Source: Octopus bimaculoides
Lineage: Eukaryota
Assembly (NCBI RefSeq): GCF_001194135.2
Contig: NC_068983.1
Coordinates: 126,153,309-126,209,159 of the forward strand
Length of the DNA stretch: 55,851 bases
Reading direction: 5' to 3'
Below, piece by piece: positions 49,781 through 55,851 of the stretch. Under the pieces are notes generated by a model. The model was not told where the DNA came from and searched no databases. It saw only the letters and a program-made list of their open reading frames with translations. Both the position numbers and the translations under genes were made by a program. Position 1 is the stretch's first letter. Every line of letters begins with the position of its first letter.

Positions 49781-50812
49781 AAAAGAGATAGAAACACTAC
49801 TACAGACAGTACAAGGCTTTACCAAGGAAATAGATATGAAATTCGGATTAGAAAAATGTGCCAACGCAACCCTGAAAAGAGGAAACTTAGTTAAAAGCAG
49901 CAATATGACACTAGATAAAGCCAATGAAATAAGAGAACTAGACGAAAGCCAACCATACAAGTATTTAGGAGTCAACGAACTAGATAGGATACAACATACA
50001 CAAATGAAAGAAAAAATAAAGAAAGAGTACTATAGACGAGTTAGATCAATACTAAAAACAGAGCTCAATGCTAAAAACAAGAAAATGGGTATCAACACTT
50101 TAGCAGTCCCNNNNNNNNNNNNNNNNNNNNNNNNNNNNNNNNNNNNNNNNNNNNNNNNNNNNNNNNNNNNNNNNNNNNNNNNNNNNNNNNNNNNNNNNNN
50201 NNNNNNNNNNNNNNNNNNNNNNNNNNNNNNNNNNNNNNNNNNNNNNNNNNNNNNNNNNNNNNNNNNNNNNNNNNNNNNNNNNNNNNNNNNNNNNNNNNNN
50301 NNNNNNNNNNNNNNNNNNNNNNNNNNNNNNNNNNNNNNNNNNNNNNNNNNNNNNNNNNNNNNNNNNNNNNNNNNNNNNNNNNNNNNNNNNNNNNNNNNNN
50401 NNNNNNNNNNNNNNNNNNNNNNNNNNNNNNNNNNNNNNNNNNNNNNNNNNNNNNNNNNNNNNNNNNNNNNNNNNNNNNNNNNNNNNNNNNNNNNNNNNNN
50501 NNNNNNNNNNNNNNNNNNNNNNNNNNNNNNNNNNNNNNNNNNNNNNNNNNNNNNNNNNNNNNNNNNNNNNNNNNNNNNNNNNNNNNNNNNNNNNNNNNNN
50601 NNNNNNNNNNNNNNNNNNNNNNNNNNNNNNNNNNNNNNNNNNNNNNNNNNNNNNNNNNNNNNNNNNNNNNNNNNNNNNNNNNNNNNNNNNNNNNNNNNNN
50701 NNNNNNNNAAGAACAGCAACGGACCATGATAAAACGATGGCAAGAAAAGCCCCTACATGGTAAATACTCGGTAGTGAAGTGAAAGCACATTATAAAAATA
50801 AAACTACTGAAC

Positions 50813-50815
<3 letters not shown>
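49781..50815 (+). mobile_element. R4/Dong-like subfamily A, copy 5 (5'-truncated, RLE domain deleted), (AAT)n tail to 50877
   Basis: EIETLLQTVQGFTKEIDMKFGLEKCA..YKYLG..GINTLAV; after the gap, QRTMIKRWQEKPLHGKY is joined directly to the terminal 3'UTR. Confidence 0.9.
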
Positions 50816-50877
<62 letters not shown>

Positions 50878-50879
<2 letters not shown>

Positions 50880-51435
50880 CCCGGATGCAGTACCAGGCAG
50901 TGGCTCTCATGGCTTCTGATCTTAATCGATTGGAAGTGTTATCACGTACGTTGTTTTGTCTTGTTATAAAAAGATGGGCTACAGCAAATATTCTGCTTAA
51001 TACCACAGATTTGCTTGTCAGTTGTTTGACCTTAAACAGTTGAGCATGTCCCTTGGTGACTGACGATATGTGCATCTCTGATCATGAGCAGAAGTAGTGG
51101 GGGAGCATCATAGCTATGCGTTGAGAGGAATTCTTTGGGGTTTGAATAATTCACTTTTGGAAACATAGGAGTTTTGCTCAACATCCTTATACAACCCTTA
51201 TTCAGGGACCTTTTGAGCGGGATGGGCCACTCGACCTGAAGAAAATTCTAACTGGGCCCCACCTGCGAGGTCATGAACTGTTTATCTTGATATGAGATCA
51301 CCATGTCGCGCACATATGGTTGTGATGCATGTGCCTGGTGTACTCTTATCAGACGGGTAGTCATGATGGGTATAATGGACTTCTTATATTTTTACCCCAT
51401 TGTTACTTTGATGGCATACACTGTTCTCTCACTCA
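50878..51435 (+). mobile_element. ~555-bp non-coding retroposed repeat, copy 2 (full length)
   Basis: Flanked by (AAT)n on both sides; no ORF; matches 20776, 23573 and 54873. Confidence 0.88.
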
Positions 51436-51459
51436 ATGATAATAATAATAATAATAATA

Positions 51460-53160
51460 CAGAAGATTTATGAACAGACAGAAGCAGTTCTAGGGCAACA
51501 GATTGTTCAAAAATAGCCCGAAGCGATTCTTCCCAACGTTAGAAGGGAGACAATGGGGAAAATGTTGCTCCTGATGCAAATAATACCAAGGAGTTTTGGA
51601 GCGGATTAAGGGGAAACAATGTGGTGTATAAAAGGGATGTAATATGGATATGAAGTATCAAGACAGTATTAAAAGGAGGAAAGAAATAAAGGTATATTGT
51701 CATAAGGACGGGTGGTGTAAAAGAACGAGTAGGTAAATTGCTTAACTGGAATGCGCCCGGACCAGATGGGATTCAGGCTTCTGGCTGAAGAGATGCCACC
51801 CGGTGCATGAAAGACTAGCAGCCCAATTGAATGAGTGTGTCCAGAAATATACAGTCGCACGTAGATTGTGACTGCGAGGACAACACTTGTAATGAATACT
51901 AAAAGAAGGCGGAATATCGTGGTAAACTACCGTTCCATAGCATGCCGAAATATAAGCTGAAAGATACTCACTGGAATATGTGCGGCAGGGACATACACTT
52001 ACCTGGCACAGGAAGAAATACTACCAATTGAACAAAAAATATGTAGAAAGAGTTCTTAGGATACCAAGAATCACCTGGTCATCGATAAAACTGTTTTGAG
52101 GTATTTTTAAAACTTCATACAAATATGTCTGTGCCTTCGATTGACTTTAAGAAGGCATATGATATGATACCTCATTCTGGATCGTTGAATACCTGCAGAT
52201 GTCTGGTATTGTTGACAACGTCACACATTTTCTGATGCATAGCATGAAAGAGTGGAAAACCAAATTGTACTCAAGTAATGTGTTGCGGGAGAAGTTAATA
52301 TTAAAAGGGGAATCTTCCAAGGTGACTCATTTTCTCCGTTACTATTTGTAATTGCACTAATACCCATAACAATCACACTTAGGAAAGTTAAGTTGTGTTA
52401 CCAATGTTGGAAGAAAGGCCCATTATTGAATCATCCGCTGTTTATATTTGACCAGAAATAGTTTGGGAAAGTTGAAAAATAGATAGGTTATTTAACCAAA
52501 GCAGTCCAGAATTGTGGTAGGGACATCGGTATGGAATCGGGATTACCAAATGCTCAGTACTTAATATGAAAAGAGGGAAGAAAGCAGCCTGCAGAGTACT
52601 GGAGTTACCGTCAGGGAGGACCATGGGTGAACACGACGGTAGTGGGCATAGATACTTACAGATTTTGGACCTGGATGACATTCCACCTGGCCTATCAATA
52701 AAGAGTGAATATGGTGTTGAAATCCAACATCAATGCCGAAGCTTTGATTACCGCAATGAATATCTGGGCACTTGCGGTGGTCAGATATAGTGCTTCCATC
52801 CTGAAATGAACTAAGGAGGAAATATCAACACTGGCTAGAAGGATTAGAAAGTTAATGACGCTGTATGGGATGCTACACCCTAAAGCAAACGTAAACAGAG
52901 TGTATACGAAAAGAAAGAATGGTGACAGAGGAATAATTAGTATAGTCCGTTATATAAAGAGTGAAAGTAGAACGCTTGGCGAGTATTTGAGAAATAGTGA
53001 TGAAGACTTGCTGCAATATGCCGCAAAAGATATGGGTGTAAATGCAGATCAAAACGATGGGTAAGGAAGAGTTTAAAAATTGAGTTGACGAGATGAGAAA
53101 AGACGACCTTCTTGAAATGAGAATGCATGGACAGTTTTAAAGAAACACACAGAACGTTAA
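51460..53160 (+). mobile_element. Old R4/Dong-like LINE RT region, heavily frameshifted
   Basis: NWNAPGPDGIQ, IDFKKAYDMIPH, GIFQGDSFSPLLFVIAL, LHPKANVNRVYTKRKNGDRGIISI, MHGQF. Confidence 0.85.
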
Positions 53161-53435
53161 TGATCATACAGCATTGTGAGCCAGTCGTAACAAACAAGTA
53201 ATTGTAACACACAAGCAGATAAAAAATAAAAATAACAATAATTAAAATAATAATAATAATAATAATAATGATAATAATAATAATGATAATAATAATAATA
53301 ATAATAATAATAGCAACAAGAATAACAACAACAACAACAACAACAATAACAACAACACCACCAACAACAACAACAATAATAATAATAATAATAGTAGTAA
53401 TAATAGTAGTAATTATTATTATTATTATTATTATT

Positions 53436-53595
53436 CAGTAATCTTATCCTTTTCACGTTCTTTCTCCGCTCTACAGAGCGCATGCATGTGTGCCTCGTGT
53501 ATGTGGTGTGGTTTGTTGTGATTCTCTTATTTTTACTGTATTGAAAGTGTTTTACGTTTGATATGTGCCGTGTGTAGTAGCATTAGGTTCTGTAA
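53436..53595 (-). mobile_element. Second copy of the 160-bp subfamily B 3' end, fused behind subfamily A
   Basis: Near-identical to 40888-41047, with the same 5' breakpoint. Confidence 0.88.
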
Positions 53596-54872
53596 TTATT
53601 ATTATTATTGTTCAGTAGTTTTATTTTTATAACGTGCTTTCACTTCACTACCGAGCGCAGCTCTGTGCGCCTTGGGTATGTGCTGTGGTTTGCTGTGGTG
53701 CTCTTATGTTTACTGTATTGAAAGTGTTTTGCGTAGAATGTGTGCAGTGCCCAGCAGTGCAATTTTCTGTATGTTATATATATTTGTAAGTCCTGGTGTT
53801 TTTGTTATGTATTTGTCTGAATATTTTTTTTATTATACCTAAGGCACCTACTATGATAGGAATTGTTTCTGTTTTTAGATTCCACATTCGAGTTATCTCT
53901 ATTTCCAGGTCTTTGTATTTTGAAAGTTTTTCCATTTCTTTTAGAGAAACATTTTCATCTGCTGGTATTAATATATCAATTAGAAAGCATTTATTTTCTT
54001 CATCATCTTTGACAACTATATCTGGTGTATTGGTCTTAATTTCTCTATCTGTGTGTATTGGCATATCCCAGAGTATTGTTGTTTTCTCGTTTTCTGTAAC
54101 CTTTTCTGGCGTGTGTTTATACCATCTTTTTTCTGTTGTTATTCCATAGTGTTTGCATAGATTCCAGTGTATATAGGTCCCAGCTCTATCGTGTCTGTGA
54201 ATATATTCCTTCTTAGCCAGGTCTGGGCAGCCAGAGATAATATGATTTATTGTTTCTTGTCCATCTCCACATATTCTACAGTTACTTGTTATGTTTCTTT
54301 TCATTATGTGTTATTGGTAATTTCTGGTCGGGAGGCTTTGGTCTTGTGCAGCAATTCAAAATCCTTCAGTCTCTGCTTTGAGTCCTGAGCTTCTCAACCA
54401 TTGCTGGGATTTTTCTCTGTCTATTTCTNNNNNNNNNNNNNNNNNTCTTCTTCTTCTTCTCCTTCTTATTCTTCTTCTTCTTCTTCTTATTCTTCTTCTT
54501 CTTCTTCTTCTTCTTCTTCTTCTTCTTCTTCTTCTTCTTCTTCTTCTTCTTCTTCTTCTTCTTCTTCTTCTTCTTCGTATTTGTTAGGTAGATTGATTTC
54601 TTGTGTGTATTTGTCAGCTTCCTTAAATACCGAAAATAGTTTTTTGTTTTTCTCGTGTTTTTGGCTTTTTGTATTAGTTTTCCTTGCTTCTGGAGTAGGT
54701 ATTTTTGCAGTCCTATGGTGGTTATTTTATAATAGTTTTCTAGCTGTATAAGACCCCTGCCACCTTCTGTGCGTTGTATATATAGCCTTTCTATGTCAGA
54801 TTTTGGGTGGTGCATCCTATATCCTGTCATTATTTTTCGTGTTTTCCTGTCTATTTTAGATAGTTCGTTTAG
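53596..54872 (-). mobile_element. R4/Dong-like subfamily A, copy 6 (intact zinc knuckle + RLE domain)
   Basis: CRICGDGQETINHIISGC (CCHC), RHDR, WD..TDREI..PDIVV..LIDI..EKLSKYKDL (RLE PD-x-D-K/KY), TAHILRKT, 3'UTR and TAA tail. Confidence 0.95.
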
Positions 54873-55088
54873 AAAGGGATGGGTTTCTCAAACCTAAGAA
54901 TATATTAACTGGGCCTCACCTACAAGGTCATGTGCTGTTTATCTTGATATGCGATCACCATGTCGCGCTCATAGGAATGTGATGCATATGCCTGGTGTAC
55001 CTTAAGACGGGTAGTCATGTTGGGTATACTGGGCTTCGTACATTTTAACCCAGTGTCACTTTGCTAGCATACACTGTTCTCTCATTCA
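54873..55088 (+). mobile_element. 5'-truncated copy (last ~215 bp) of the ~555-bp repeat; (AAT)n(AAG)n tail to ~55310
   Basis: Matches ~51220-51435. Confidence 0.85.
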
Positions 55089-55112
55089 ATAATGTTAATA
55101 ATGATGATGATG

Positions 55113-55228
<116 letters not shown>

Positions 55229-55246
55229 TATAATAATAATAATAAT

Positions 55247-55287
<41 letters not shown>

Positions 55288-55851
55288 GAAGAAGAAGAAG
55301 AAGAAGAAGAATACATTTTGTAACTGTTGTGATAAAGCTAATTTCACTTTTATAATAAATTTTAGGAAAACATGAATGTTTAAATATGGCCTTTGTTAAG
55401 GAGCAGGTCTAATTTGGTGCCCTCCTCTTCATCATTTAAAATTAATTGTAATAATCATAGACCTTCATTTAGATATAAACAAACATTTAATTATAAATTA
55501 ATACATTAACAAATGGATGATGATATTGAATACGAATTCCAGGTTATGCACAAGCTTATAGGGGCGGTAGAAGATAGTGTGGACTTTAAATTAATAAAAA
55601 TAGTAAAAATGATGTAATTATGATTAATCGGTATGAGGTACTTATTCGAAACTGTTAACATTTTAAATATAAATATTTTCTGTATTATGAACATACATAA
55701 TATACTTATAATATAATATTTTCTTTTAATGCTATTCGTGGCAATTTAATCTGATCATTACATTTGGTTTTATCATAATTTACACTGATGTGATAATTAT
55801 GATTCTTTTGCTTATATTAAATGTCTGCTTATGGATATATATATATATATA

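Overview
Eukaryotic, AT-rich, microsatellite-saturated DNA from a gapped short-read assembly. The repeat families (tRNA-derived SINEs, abundant RLE-type R4/Dong-like LINEs) look cephalopod, probably Octopus; this is an inference. Most recognisable sequence is transposon debris: at least 10 fragments of R4/Dong-like LINEs stacked in (TAA)n tracts, a Tx1/L1-like 3' end, three or four Penelope-like (PLE) remnants, two Helitron helicase fragments, two Tc1/mariner remnants, SINEs, and a ~555-bp non-coding retroposed repeat in four copies. The only convincing host-type gene is a 339-codon uninterrupted ORF (10201-11220, minus) encoding a signal-peptide, Cys-rich protein. Its apparently EGF-like C-terminal continuation lies out of frame just past the stop, and two decayed apparent paralogues sit convergently at ~1.4-1.8 kb and ~2.5-3.2 kb. 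Three hammerhead-ribozyme-like motifs occur, two beside PLE remnants and one inside a small element with ~93-bp inverted ends. No rRNA, intact tRNA or CRISPR was seen. Many boundaries are approximate, and all family assignments come from motif recognition rather than database searches.
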